DNA of 61,610 bases, counting the filler, from Sphacelaria rigidula (lineage: Eukaryota), in assembly GCA_964200075.2 (NCBI GenBank). It is 10 parts of 10 records of this genome, joined end to end, with 100 filler letters (N's around TTAATTAATTAA, not from the genome) between each part and the next. Parts side by side here need not be neighbours in the genome. Positions count along the whole stretch, not along the records: positions 43,200 to 49,270 come from CAXNAA020022435.1; positions 49,371 to 55,440 come from CAXNAA020022436.1; positions 55,541 to 61,610 come from CAXNAA020022437.1; 7 more parts are not named here. One strand, given 5' to 3'. Of this stretch, positions 48,101-61,128 are shown piece by piece. Position 1 is the stretch's first letter. Each line of letters starts with the position of its first letter. The notes beneath the pieces were generated by a model that worked only from the letters and a program-made list of their open reading frames with translations, did not search any database and had not been told where the DNA came from. Position numbers and translations under genes: made by a program.

Positions 48101-48395
48101 CCCTTGTCTAGAGAAATCAACCCCATCTCAACCCCCGCAAACGAATGCTCCATCTCGAAAGAGATGGGGATACGTGGTCAATGATCAACTACGGCAAGCA
48201 AAATATGAGTACCCCCCCGCCCCCCCCCCGCAAACGCCTGGTCCGTCTCGAAAGGGATGCGTGGTCAATGGTGAAAAGGCCAAGGCAGAGCACCGGGGCG
48301 CGGATGTATACTGAGTGATACTACTGAAGGTGGCGTACTCATTTTGTTGCTCGCCTTCGCCGTTTGACTCTTGCCCACGCATCCCTTTCGAGACG

Positions 48396-48660
48396 AAGCA
48401 ATGCTACTATAGGGAGGGAGGAGGGGGTATCGTATTTTGAGCCATTTCTTCCTCGAAATTCCGCTTCAAATGGTCGTTGAAAGCAACAACGTTTGTTGGA
48501 ACGCGCCCGCTACCAACAAGACACACTCATTCATATGACTTGACACCATTTTCACCCAAATACAAACGCACCGCGAGGAGTTAGGTCGTCTGACACACCT
48601 GTGAGCCCTGTTCTTCGTGACACCACCCCCCCCGCGCGCGCCCCTATCGTAGCATCATTC
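48396..48660. mobile_element. GAG...CTC MITE (family B), inverted copy; further family ends at about 30858-30885, 36832-36870, 49174-49205
   Basis: atgctactataggg...cccctatcgtagcatcattc; interior is the reverse complement of 44863-45127 and 10264-10728. Confidence 0.75.
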
Positions 48661-49270
48661 TACTGCATCTCGTATTTTATGCTTACTCAAAAGCCGCTCT
48701 CTGTTCCTACCGGTTCTTGATGTTTTGCACGATTTGGTATGACTGTGGTTTCTACAAAAGATTTCCAACCGAAGCCAAGGGACGGCGGCCCGCCATTTCT
48801 AGTTCTTTGTTTCTTTGTTTCTTTCTCGTCTGTTTCGTTTCGTTTCGATTTATTTTATTTTTTCGTCGTCTGCTCCATCTGTCTGGTCTCTGCCGTACAT
48901 TAAATCCTTCATTTTTCTTGCAGCGAGTGTTTCCACTTTGTGTTTTTACCTCGGATACGTCCACCATGTGACGACGGCTGGATCCCCGAGGGATGAGTTA
49001 GAGCGCATCGATGAATCAATGAACCAACGAATCGATAAACCAATCAGTCAACAAGTCACTCAACCAAGAGTCCATTGCGCGATCGTCTGAGCAGACCTAC
49101 TTACAGAGGACACCGATGCCTTGCGAGTAAACCCAACTGCCTTGTCTCTTACGGCGAACGTTAACGAGATACGAGTGATGCTACGATGGGGGGGGGGGGG
49201 GGGGATTTTTGGGGCCGCTTTTTTCCGAAAGAACACGCCGGACTAGGTGTGGTGCGCACCCACGTTTTAT

Positions 49271-49370
49271 NNNNNNNNNNNNNNNNNNNNNNNNNNNNNN
49301 NNNNNNNNNNNNNNTTAATTAATTAANNNNNNNNNNNNNNNNNNNNNNNNNNNNNNNNNNNNNNNNNNNN
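49271..49370. other. Artificial contig spacer
   Basis: N44-TTAATTAATTAA-N44. Confidence 0.98.
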
Positions 49371-51837
49371 TTTGTAGGGATGCGAGGTCAATGGTCTGAT
49401 GACTATGGCATGCATGATCATGAGTACACCCCCCCCCAATCGGCCCGAAATGCAAAAATGTGGGTGTGGATCCAGTATTTGTTTTTCTGGGCGCCCCTGG
49501 CTGAACCGAAATCGATCACCGGTATCGCACGCTGAATCCCGACTGCGACTTACATTTCGGCACATTCTTAACACACACGACTGATTGCGCCCACTGATAT
49601 GAGGTGAAATACGCGCATGTTGGGAAGGAACAAACTCCGTCGCAGGACGGAAGCACTGGTGTCTACATGTCGGGTCTATCCCGCCCATAAATCTTTGAAC
49701 CTTTTTCATGAAGGGGTGTTAATCACCGTCAGGTAGTGATAAATATCCGAGTTCCAGCTGCAGCGGTCACGCGGAGTAACACAAGTGTGGTGAGCTATCG
49801 CCCTGGACAGGGGTATTATGGCACAAGTGCACCTCATCATGTCTATTCGTGGGCAACTCGCAGATACCGCAATCATCGCCGTGCGATTGCGAGGTTACAT
49901 CTTCTTCTCGTTGAAGAGCATCTTACCATATCTCGTGGGCACTGCTACAAATGGGATGTCGCAAGGAGCCTACCGGTTACGCAAGATACATGCAGCAGGA
50001 AATAACGGCCAGTGTCACTAGGGCACAGGCCGTGCTACACGTTGTGGCGTGAGGTTTGCCTTACCCAACCCTACCTCATATGAGCACTATATCAGCACTG
50101 CATCATATACTCCGACGGGGGTGTTATATCGTCGTTCCGTCTGTACCCATCCCTACAGACTGTACTGTACTGACTTTGGTAGCGTCAGCAAGCAGTCATG
50201 CGCAACATCAGGGAGCAATGTCAAGTTCGGGTCGCCATCGACTCGCAGCGAATACGCACGGGAAATCACAAATGCACTTTGGTCATGAATTACTGCAGTT
50301 CGGCGACATGTGCCGATGCATGGTGCAGCGCGCCGCACCGCAGCGAGCACGTTGTAACCTCCCTGTATATGTCTACTCTTCGCCACACTCATGGTCTACG
50401 TGGTATAGTACAGAACGGCACCCAGCCAGGGTACGCGGACCATAGGCGATCGATTCACGGCATCGTCGTCACTACGTTGAGACATACATATACCGGGCAA
50501 TCAGTGCTTCTCAACCACGCAGCGACATACCTTCTTGCCCCTCCCACCGGGATAGACGCTCCCTGACCCCTGTAGTGCCAGTTATCCGGGCTGATGTGGA
50601 GCCCTCTTCCCCAAAAACGTCTGCTCCCTCCGGCGTCATATATTATACCTTGGAGCATGACCGTCTCGAAGTGTTCTCCCTTTTCGGATTATTTATCTGA
50701 TCAGCATACCGCCTCCATATTATTGAAGGGAATAACACTGTTGAACGGTCTTCCGCTCGGCGCAGGGCTTCCACACCTGGAGCGTGTTTTGATATTATCT
50801 TGCGCTCATCTCGCATCGTCGCTGTACTTCCAAGCCCCCCTGCCTCTGCACTGCCGCAGCTGGTGTTGTTACGTTTACGGCGCGCTTAAGTCTAGCTCGA
50901 CTTGAGTGGCTGTATGCAACGTTCACTTATGTTGGACTTTGAATCGGCATCATCTCAACGGGTTCTGACCCTCCGTCTGCGTATGCTGTGCGCGTGTCTC
51001 ACACAAACCATCGTTTCTCATTGATTCTGGACCGATTTGTGCAATGTCACATACCCCGTGCTCAGCTGATGAGCAGCTACGACTTTTTCTTCGAACTGTG
51101 CCATGTGCCATGACGCATCACCAGTCCTCATGTATCTTGGCTGTTACTCCATTCAGCGTGGCGATGGAAGACGTGGGAACCCTTGTACATATTTTGTTCA
51201 TACAACATATCGACGACCTACGATATACAACATATATAAACTGAACACTATTCTGGCGAAACAATGTGTGGACCAATGTGGGAATGTTAAATGTGTTGGT
51301 CGTACAAAAAGCCTACCACGTACGACTCGGAGGTATGTTATTCGCACAACATCTTCCTTCGGAAGGTGCGCCAACACATATCGTCTGTGTAGAGCGTTAC
51401 ATGCCGGACGAGCGATTTATGTGTTGACGGCGCGAAATGTGTCACGCATGAAAGGGGCAATAGATTGCCGGCGCGATACGTTGTGTGTGAGTGAGCGCCT
51501 TCGAGGTTGGACGTAAATGAGTGCAGTATGTATGTTGGGCGTGGAATATACGGGTGGGCCGACAGGTGCAACACGTGCCGAAGAGAATTTCAAATCGTGT
51601 GTTGCATGTAACCTGTCGACAAACCTCCAACATATTTTTCCTGATACGCCCTCAGTATGTACTGGTTCTACACCATCGGTGGCCCGCGGTGTACACTATA
51701 TGGGATAATGTCATAATACCCGTTGTATAGTTCGTGCTCGACATATGTTGTCTCTTCACTATTTTCTGTCTATTCTCCTGACTCGATGTACCGGTCTGTC
51801 GACATCTCCATAGCCCGCGGGGTAAGTACATGAGTAA

Positions 51838-51920
51838 CTCTTTGACCGCGACGGTAGGTCACCTGATGAATCGGCATCAATTCGTGGTCGAGATGGACTA
51901 CCCGCATCGCGGTCTAAGGG
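51838..51920. mobile_element. piggyBac-like MITE, internally deleted copy
   Basis: gtaa|ctctttgaccgcga...tcgcggtctaaggg|ttaa. Confidence 0.7.
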
Positions 51921-54900
51921 TTAAGTATGTTGCGCGGGGCGCAACCTCGTGCCCAACACATACCGACATGAACTCAACATACGGTATGGCCTCGATACTC
52001 CCAATTGGAGCACACGTCAAGATCCGAGTGGGTGCTGCCTCCTGCAAAGTATCGACATGTATCGAAAACCTCACCTACCCGTCTAGGGTGAGGCTCCGAC
52101 TCACCATGTCGTTCCTTCCGAAGGCAAGTTGGGAGGACATGGCAGACGCTTGCTACGATAGCCCCCCCAAAAACCAGCCCAAAGGTGTCACAAACAAAAT
52201 GGCCATAGAGCGCCTGATGCTGGGGTTCAGGTCGCATGAAGCGCCTCATATTGGCGACATTGGCTAAAACGAACTCAAGCGTGGGAATTCCCAGCTGCTC
52301 GTTGTGCTCGGTTTTTCCCATTTTGATTTATGTGAAGATTTTGCCTTCCGAAAGCATGCACTTTTGGAGGGGAGCTTTCGTAGAAAGTGTCGGCATGGGG
52401 AGGGGAGGTTGCAAGGGTGCTGTCTGTAGAGAAGCGCTTCGGCGTGATGGTATCAGGGGAACTGATTGCACCGAAGCGGTAATATCACTCTTAACAAGGA
52501 CATGTAACATCGTGTCACCGGCGTGGGAGCAACCCATCAGACAGGTATGCAGTCGGTCTTAGTCACGTTGAACGAGAGCGAGAGCGAGCGTGGTCTATGT
52601 GATGATGGTAGGTTCGTAGCACTTGTGTATTCAACCGATTGTGCTTGCGCTATTTTGATCATACCTTTGTAAATCTTTCCCCTCGCTCAAGTTTCCATCA
52701 TCAGTGGCGAGTGAATACGTTTTGTTCACCTTGAGTGCCTCTACTCTACCCATGCCTCGATTTATTGGGGATCACCTAGTGTGCGATAATCAAACAACAC
52801 GGAGAACTCATGTACGACACCAAGAATGGATCAACAGATGCCATGGCATGAACAAAGTGACCATGAATAAAACGCCGAGGCCACAAGAATTCAAGTCTGT
52901 CAACCCGATGAAGTAAATGTTTCCCAAGTATTACCCCCGGTCTCGTGTTCGGGGCCGGGTGTGATTCGCTCCTAGAGTAACGTTCACACGCCCTGTGCAC
53001 TGAGATGGTATGACTCGAAGGTGCTACCATGTGTTGATATTTTCGTCTGCCCGAAGCACCATTTTTCGGCAGCTACCGTGTCCAATATGCTGGTGCAAAA
53101 CTTGCTTCATTTTAGGTCCGTTCTGCTGACTCTTGCTGTTTTGCTCCAACGCCCCGGTTACAGTCCATACCAAAGGATCCGAGTTTACCACGACCACATA
53201 CAATGGGGTGTCCAAATCGCACAGTAGTTGGTTTTGAGTTATCGTGACAAACACGGGAAGCGGTGCATATTGCGTATATCCCTGCACATGTGAAGCCATA
53301 TTTATTCGCGGACTCTGCATCAACCCTCGAGGCATACTATGGAGGGATTCCAAGGAAATGGCGCAGTCCATCATGGCTTCTTCGAGGATCGTGTATTTGT
53401 GTTGAGCATCAATAATGTAGCCATGCACTAGTTATGGAGTCTCTTCCGGGATTCTTGAAGATTGTCATGTGCCGGTGTTGAGGCGGGGCCTGAGCTTTTA
53501 TAAACGACAACCAACGCGAACTCAATGTCTTCAAGCATGGGCTTCACCGCTCAAGCCATACCGTGGCTTTGTGACTTCCCTACGGAATAGACACTGCATA
53601 GTCGGTAGGCACCGATATCTACAACCCCTTTTTTTAATGAGCAAACCTGAGTAGTTTCATTGTCCTATATTTCGAATTGTATGATTGACCCATCCGTCTC
53701 GTGTCTCCTGGTTATGTTGACTAAACGTTTGTTGAGTAGATCCAGCATTCAGCAAGGCACTGACTCTCGGTTCTCGCATTAAGCGGCAGAAATGCTCGTG
53801 TTTGTCGTTTCTGTTGTGATAACCAGTCGTTCCAGTTGTCTTCCCTTCAGTATGTCGTGTTTCTGAGCTATCGCTTGGAAGATGGGTCGATGTCCACCGA
53901 GAATATAGTAGGATTCCTTACAGGTTTGTTAAAATTCCCGACTCAGACATGAAAAGATCAACGTGGGTTGTTTACTCTCGGTTTTTGTGGTGTAGTCCCA
54001 CGTACTTGTTGGACAATTCTCCGTACTCGTTTGTGACATGCATGTCAATGCGTGTTGCGGAAGCTGAAGGTTTGTAGCCATCAATCGCCGAGAACCCTGC
54101 CTGCCTTTTGAGACCTGTAGTCCTCGACCAGTTGTGTCAATACGAACAACTACAGCGACAGCACGTACCAATGCCGAAATTGGCCGGACGGTACACATGA
54201 CGAGGACGCTAACATCCTCTTAACCATGCCACTTCATCCGCGCAAATGGCTCAAGTTGAATGAATGAAGTTTCCTGAGGCCGAGACATTTGTGATATGCA
54301 TACATTTGAATTTTGTCAAGCTTTCTGCATGACACAACTGACGGCGACAGAGGGTGGGCTATGAATTTCTTGTGGAGGCTCGGAATATCACAACTTTCAA
54401 GAAGAAAATATATTTACATTTGGTAGTGTTTTTTGCGCTCGATAAGATCCCATACTGCTGGATTTTGGCCGTAGTGTGTGGCATGTGTTTGTTTGTCGTT
54501 TTTTTGCGTGGGCTGCGCAATTCAATTGAGAACCCAGTGGAGGAAACATGTAGGGTTTTGCAAAGCTCTCCACCAGAGGAATCGGGAGAACTATGTTATG
54601 TATTGGAAATGGAACTTCTGACAGAGCAAAAGCCTACCCGATCGTATCACATCGTGGAGGCCCACGCAAGATATGAGCCGCCCGTTCTTGTCATTTCCCC
54701 TCGAAATACTGTATGCCTCTTCTGACAAACACTTGACAATATTTGACCCTGTCTTTGAATTCATTTAATATTCCCAGGCAGCATCGGGAGGGACGGCTTG
54801 CCTCTCTTGTTCGGCGATTTGACAGTGGGGTCGCTAGAAGCGGCCGAAATCGTGTGCGCTAGAGCCTCTCGCTTTGCCGACGTAGCGGCGACGGTAGCTT

Positions 54901-55017
54901 GGCAGTGCGCCCAGAATGGCTGCTTGAAATGATCACCACATGGCATGACAGGTGTCATCGTCGTGGAGGGGCCGATGGTCAACGAAGTAAACAAATAGTG
55001 CGGTTAACGAAGACATC

Positions 55018-55440
55018 GCCAAGCAACCATCGTACGGTGTAGCGGGAAGCCGAAAAGCGTGGTCTGTGCCGACAACGCGGAGGTGGGGATCGTCAGTTTG
55101 GCGCGCACAAGGTGCGGCAACGAGGGCTGCTCCAAACTCTTAATGTACGGTGTGGCGAGGAGTCGTGAGGCGAAGTTCTGTGCCGACCACACCCGTGCAG
55201 GGATGGTGAATGTGGCGCACAAGAGGTGCGGCAACGAGGGCTGCTCCAAACAACCATCGTATGGTGTAGCGGGAAACCGGAAGGCGGAGTTCTGTGCTAA
55301 TCACTCCAGAGCGGGGATGGTGAATGTGGCGCACAAGAGGTGCGGCAACGAGGGCTGCTCCAAACAACCATCGTATGGTGTAGCGGGAAACCGGAAGGCG
55401 GAGTTCTGTGCTAATCACTCCAGAGCGGGGATGGTGAATG
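55018..55440 (+). CDS. EsV-1-7-type cysteine-rich repeat protein, truncated by the contig end; 5' repeats degenerate
   Basis: 38-aa units CGNEGCSKQPSYGVAGNRKAEFCANHSRAGMVNVAHKR (C-x4-C...C-x2-H); 114-bp period with 55200-55313 identical to 55314-55427; 1-nt frameshift near 55059. Confidence 0.85.
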
Positions 55441-55540
55441 NNNNNNNNNNNNNNNNNNNNNNNNNNNNNNNNNNNNNNNNNNNNTTAATTAATTAANNNN
55501 NNNNNNNNNNNNNNNNNNNNNNNNNNNNNNNNNNNNNNNN
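55441..55540. other. Artificial contig spacer
   Basis: N44-TTAATTAATTAA-N44. Confidence 0.98.
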
Positions 55541-56280
55541 CGATTTAATCCTACCTTCGTTCACGTCCCGCATTTCCCCCTCTAGCACGCCCCGTTCCTC
55601 CTTGTATAGTTCGCACTCTGCCGCTATATGACTTCTGCTCTCTATTGCTTTGCCACAGGGGCAATTCTATGCATCTACTTCCTCTTCCTTCCCACGACCG
55701 GTATATCTCTTTCTTCCTTCTGGTAGGTCCAGGTCCCCCACCCGAAATCGCACTTTCATATCTTTCGTAGTGTCCATTGGGCCATGCAAATATGCTTTCA
55801 TCCCTATCCCCTCTCTCAACCCCTCGTATATCTTCAGGTGCCCTTTCCTCGTCTACTTTGCATCTGAGCGCTTCTTTTCTCCTTATTTCTATCATGTCTC
55901 TTACGTTCGTCTTGTACCCCGCGCCTTCATCTATGGATAGTTTTTCGTCTTGGCTTCCTCGTATCTCCTTCCACACTTTCTCGACTTCTCTATCCCACCT
56001 TATTCTAGCCCGCCCTTCCGTAATTTTCTTCCATACAGGCTTATCAACTGTAGCTGGCAATATCTTTCTCTGCATGTTCTCCAACCCCTCGACCGTGAGG
56101 GCAGTCCATCTGGACTGTGCATACTTTTTTCAAGTGAGATTGATGCCGATTCAACAGATGACCCACTTTCGCCGTCTAAGGGTTAAGCTATGTTGCACCA
56201 TCGCAATTTTCTCATGTTTCTGTTTGTTTTAAGTGAGTACATTACCAACTCCGCTCTCAAAATTGTATTACTCTTCGTTG
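55541..56280 (-). mobile_element. Decayed non-LTR retrotransposon (LINE) ORF2 C-terminal region
   Basis: SNTILRAELVMYSLKTNRNMRKLRW, then MITE, then ILPATVDKPVWKKITEGRARIRWD..., frameshift, HLKIYEGLREGIGMKAYLHGPMD...RFRVGDLDLPE...CPCGKAIESRSHIAAEC (CCHC knuckle typical of LINE ORF2 ends); one in-frame stop. Confidence 0.8.
56085..56182. mobile_element. piggyBac-like MITE inserted in the LINE fragment
   Basis: ccaa|cccctcgaccgtgagggcagtccatctgga...cgccgtctaaggg|ttaa; LINE-like translation on both sides. Confidence 0.8.
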
Positions 56281-58741
56281 GGGGGGGGGGGGAAGGAGTC
56301 GAGAGTGTAAGTACACCATGTTACTTATCTACTGCTGGATGGTGGCGGTTGGGGGTGGAGGGGTGTACTCTTGATATTTCATGCCGTAGTCATATGACCA
56401 TTGACCTCATATCCCTACAAAGCCGGGGCGGAGCACGCCGAGTTCTCGCCAGATCAGGATTGGGGGAGGGGGTGTGTGTGGGGGGGGTACAAAAGTCTTC
56501 CTCATTGGTTTGGCATATATTGCCACTAAAAGAACACAAGAGGAGATCATTTTTTCCAGTCCAATACGTATATGTACCAAAAGGTAGCCACATCTACGCC
56601 AGTGGCGTACAACCTTTTCCGCATATGTACGGGGTGCTTCACTTGTTGAGTTTTCATATGGTACAGTAATTGTCCTAACTTTCCCACCCACCCCTTTTTG
56701 CGGCCCGCTTAACCCTTCTGAGTACCCGCTGATAGAAAACTAACCTGATCGTCATTCATTAAGTAAACATGATATCGATTCATCAGGCAAGCACCCTGGG
56801 CATTCTATATCGCCCATCACGGGCATTCACAAGCCATTTTTTGTTGTTTTCTTACCGAACTCTGAAACCCCTTCCCTTCCTCGGAAGGAGTCCGCGATTT
56901 CAAGGGATCAACCTTATATCTTCCCGGTTGGTATACACGCCTCGCACTGTTGGCCCCGCGGGTTGGGTCAGCACTTCTGCACCGCGTCAACTCTCGGCAA
57001 ACAAACTCAATCAACCACTTTTTTTGTTTACTCACGCATCCATGCTGGAAATCAGATACTTCAAAGAAAAAAAAAGCCTAACGCATCGGGAATCGAACCC
57101 ACATACCCTCCACCAAGTCATGCCTCTGAAAAAAACTTCGAAGTACCTATTTTGGCCATTCGGCGCCGGTTCCTGCCCGAACACGGGGACTGCCGGATGG
57201 CGTCACCTCGGAAAGATCTGCTGCACTCTCGGAGAGGATTCTAGGGGCATGGTTCTCACATTTTCAAGGGTTGGATGAAAAACGATTCATCTGATAGTTA
57301 CTTGCTTGTAGTGTGATTGATGCGTACCGTACGAATCAATCCTTGGGCCTTGTGTTCAGCTTTGAACTGCCACCCCAGGTACGCGCACCTGAGGCACGTG
57401 GAACAACACAAGAATTTGCATAGAGAATGTTTTGACCCACGGTCAACGTTTTGCAGTCTTTCGAGCAGTCCGTCCTCAGAAATCGTAGATTTGGCGATTC
57501 GACCCTGGCACGTTTCCGAACGCACAGTTTGACCTTCGGCAGGAACACTTGAATTTCTCACACGAACCAGCAAAGGTCCTTGAATTTCTCCCTCCCGACA
57601 AGAGTTACAAGAAGAAATCGGAGAAAAACGAGAGCGTTTTGGTTTGTTCGGAAAATTGCTACGATTAGTCCGACCGAACGTTAACATTGAGCGTACTAAA
57701 GATCGGGAGAGTGCGCTAGAGTCTCCCCGAAGAGTGCAGCAAGTCGTTCCAAACTTCGACAATCCTCCACGCCCCCGTTGCGGACGAAAAATTCCGCCGA
57801 TTCACTAGATTAGTCCTTTTTAGTATATAGATATCCAAAACCCGCAACAAGCAGCCGTCGGGGTTAACCCTTCTAGCGCCAAACTCCCTCAGCAGGTGAA
57901 CCATGCGTGAACCGTAACCCTTATTATTTATGGCAACCCCCACCAAGATCGCCCAGAATTGACCATGGTCAATTTGGGTTCGCGAACTTTTGTCTCGGCA
58001 CTTTTGGGCCAGTGTTAGCACCCTTCGAGCATGCCTTGGTTCTGAACGCATGAGCGTCATATTTTCTCAGCTGCACTCCTCCATCTGTACTGCTACCTAC
58101 GTCTGTGCCATACAGTACGCACAAACAAACGAGTTTCATCGGCGCCTATATACAGCGGTAAAAACAGCCAAGATGACATCACAGTCTTCTGTACGAAGTT
58201 TCTCTCTACAACAATTCAGTAGCGCAGCGCTCTTGACAGCACAAGAACGGTGTAGGCAGGTCGCAAAGGCTACGTACGCGCAAAGCACAAAACATGATTT
58301 TCGCGTACCTCACTCAAGGGTTCAAGTGGTTACTACAATAAATTTTACATGAAATTCCCCTTGACCGCTGAGTGAGTCATAGTGAATCGTTTGCAGAGGA
58401 GCATCACTGATAATTCGAACAATTTAGAACTGTCGGAATGGTCACTTCACCCCCCCCAGGTCCCATCTTAGGGAGACCGAGAAAACAAAAAAAGAGTGAG
58501 GAAGGCAGCTTGCCTGTCCACGAAGGGCTTTTTTGCGTTATAAGGAGGAAACACAGAACGGACTCTGTCAGAAGAGCGGTGTTTTTTTTGGCACTGGACG
58601 CAGTCGTGAACAGGTCTGGAAATCTGGACCGGCGTGGCTGGAACACGTTACACCTACATAACCGAGCCCAAGCACATCATACATGGCGCTAGCTCTTGCT
58701 CAGCTACACGGCAATCCGTTCCGGTATTGGAAAAGAGGCGG

Positions 58742-58743
<2 letters not shown>

Positions 58744-58787
<44 letters not shown>
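58744..58787. repeat. (GT)n microsatellite
   Basis: Directly visible. Confidence 0.97.
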
Positions 58788-58789
<2 letters not shown>

Positions 58790-58857
58790 CAAACATTGCT
58801 CACGATGACGTCGTTGACCGTTCGTGAGATTGTTAGGGCATGCCTCACAACAACAAC

Positions 58858-59107
58858 CTGCTGCCGAGATAGCCCCCCCCCCCCGAACCGGCCAAAAAAG
58901 TGCAGGGAGGCGATGATCATAACTGCCATCAGAGCTGGTTTCGTGCTGCACGACGCGACTCGTTTGGGCGTTATAGCTGATTTCAAACTGCTACACGCCT
59001 CTCATGTGGGCAAAGTTGCTGCAAATGAGCCCAATAAGGGGATCGCAGCCGGTCTGTCGGACGGTCTTTGATGCACTTTGTGTGGGAGGGCTTATCCCGG
59101 CATTAGT
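58858..59107. mobile_element. Inverted second copy of the 8696-8940 element
   Basis: ctgctgccgagatagccccc...cggcattagtc; colinear reverse complement. Confidence 0.75.
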
Positions 59108-59385
59108 CAACAACAGCAACAAAACGATCCAAAACGTGCGTCGGAAAAAAAAAATGTCGATCTGATAGGTCTACGTCATTTGTGTTCTTTGCCGGCTTCA
59201 ACTGTTGTTTATAATTATTCGCGCGCGGACAGAAGGCAAAAAATGTTGAAAGCCTAGCTTTTCGATCGAAAACATGCGGCGGAAAGGCATGAAGGGGCAC
59301 GTGACTCCTATCTATCTTGTAGACCATCGCGCCAGACACCACCCATTCATTGAACCATGCAGACCCCACGCAGTTAATTATCATC

Positions 59386-59772
59386 TACTCCCGTAACCCT
59401 GCAGCATAGGGCACGAGTTGAGCACAGAGGCATATGCACTCGAGTAATTGGGAACCGGTATTGTCACCCTCTTGGCATGATGCCCTTTTTTTCGGTGGCG
59501 AAGACCTTGAGCAACTCCCTTGCTTGTAGGGGTCGGCGATGGAACTGCGTAGTAGGGTGGGCGACCGAATTGCGTACACGCTCATGGACAGGACAGACAT
59601 TACAAACCTGCACATTGTTCAACTTTTTTCACACGTCACTGTGTTCAGGGAGTACAGACAGTCCTGTGCTGTCAGTACTACGATACACGTTGCCCGCTTC
59701 TTTGTTCACATCTTACTGCACGAAGCGCACACACTGTAGCCAGACAGTACAGACAGTGCTGTACTATTTGCA
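59386..59772. repeat. Second copy of the 6371-6732 repeat
   Basis: Colinear blocks as described for 6371-6732. Confidence 0.75.
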
Positions 59773-60651
59773 CTGATTTCAAGCGATGAAGTATCGCTTC
59801 GCAAAACTCGACCGTTTTTTTTTCGATCGAAAGGTCTCAAATGATCTCGGACCAGAACGGCGCAAAACGAACGACTCCGATCGAATCAATCCCGCCCCAC
59901 TTTCGTTCGATCGAAAACAAACTTGACAAGACTGGCCCTTGACGCCGTGTCTTATTGAGACAACAACGCCGTGTCTTACTGAGACAAAAAAAATGATGCG
60001 AGAAATGGAACAGGCATCCGAAAGCAGCACGTTGATTGGTCGCTGGGCGGGTCTACGGTTGCGGCGTCTTATCAACACGCTGCATTTGAACGCTTGTTTC
60101 GTTCCTCGCTTCTTACTTTTCCGTCTCGATAAGACACGGCGTTAGGGCGTGTCTTAGCACAATATTTTCGATCGACAATGTGCAGTGGAGAAGGAAAACT
60201 CCGATTTGATAGGTCGTTATGTCAACTATCGTCATTTATGTTGACGGTAGTTGAAACCACGGCGTATCTGGGCATTTACTGGTTATGCTAGCATAATTTC
60301 TGGCATAACTCCACCTTGGTAGCATGAAGAGCATAGCGTTTCAGCACGTAGCATAATCGAGCATAATTTTCCACCTTAGGGGTTGGCAAATTGGTCCAAA
60401 TGCTGGCCTGCTGCGATGATTTGGGCGGAAACCCTGCTATCATCGACCGCGGGTCCGAAATACGTGTATGCTCTGGAACTACGGTGGTCATTCACTGATA
60501 CTGATGGCAGTATAACACTGCCAGTCTGATCGATCGCGGGTCTGTAAAACGTTCTCATGAACGCACACGACACAAAACACAAACACGTACAACATGTAGT
60601 CTGTAGCACAGTAGCACAGTGGCACAACAGCACACAGCGTACAGCGCACAG

Positions 60652-60711
60652 TACGCAGCACAGCAGCACAGCAGCACAGCAGCACAGCAGCACAGCAGCA
60701 CAGCAGCACAG
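60652..60711. repeat. (CAGCACAG/GCACA) low-complexity tandem repeat
   Basis: Directly visible. Confidence 0.85.
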
Positions 60712-61005
60712 ACGGTATAACATGGCAAACAACGCCAGTGGTGACGATACAGAAAATTCCACCACTATCGATACGTCAATCTACGTGGACGACGAGGATG
60801 AGGACGACGACGACTGTGTGATGACGATGGGGATCAAACTCGTCACGACATATAGCACAAGATTCAGTACATATAGTACACGATGATGTACAACGATGTA
60901 CCGTGTATGACAACAGGAAAATATGGCAATCACTCGTACAAATGCAGGTAGGTAGTACTTCGTATATAGTATATATGATAGTATATATTCATGTCCTAAG
61001 AAATG

Positions 61006-61128
61006 TTGAACCGATTCACCCCCGGTTATTTTTAACCGACTTACCCCGAGTCATTTTGATCCGACTTTCCCCGAGTCATTTTGAACCGATTTTCCCCCAG
61101 CCATTTTGAACTGATTTTCGCCAAGCCA
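61006..61128. repeat. 25-bp minisatellite, about five diverged units
   Basis: Consensus ttgaaccgattttccccgagtcatt repeated in tandem. Confidence 0.85.

Noticed and set aside
61006..61128. CRISPR-like or telomeric array
   Set aside because: Head-to-tail 25-bp units without spacers and no TTAGGG-type motif; an ordinary minisatellite.
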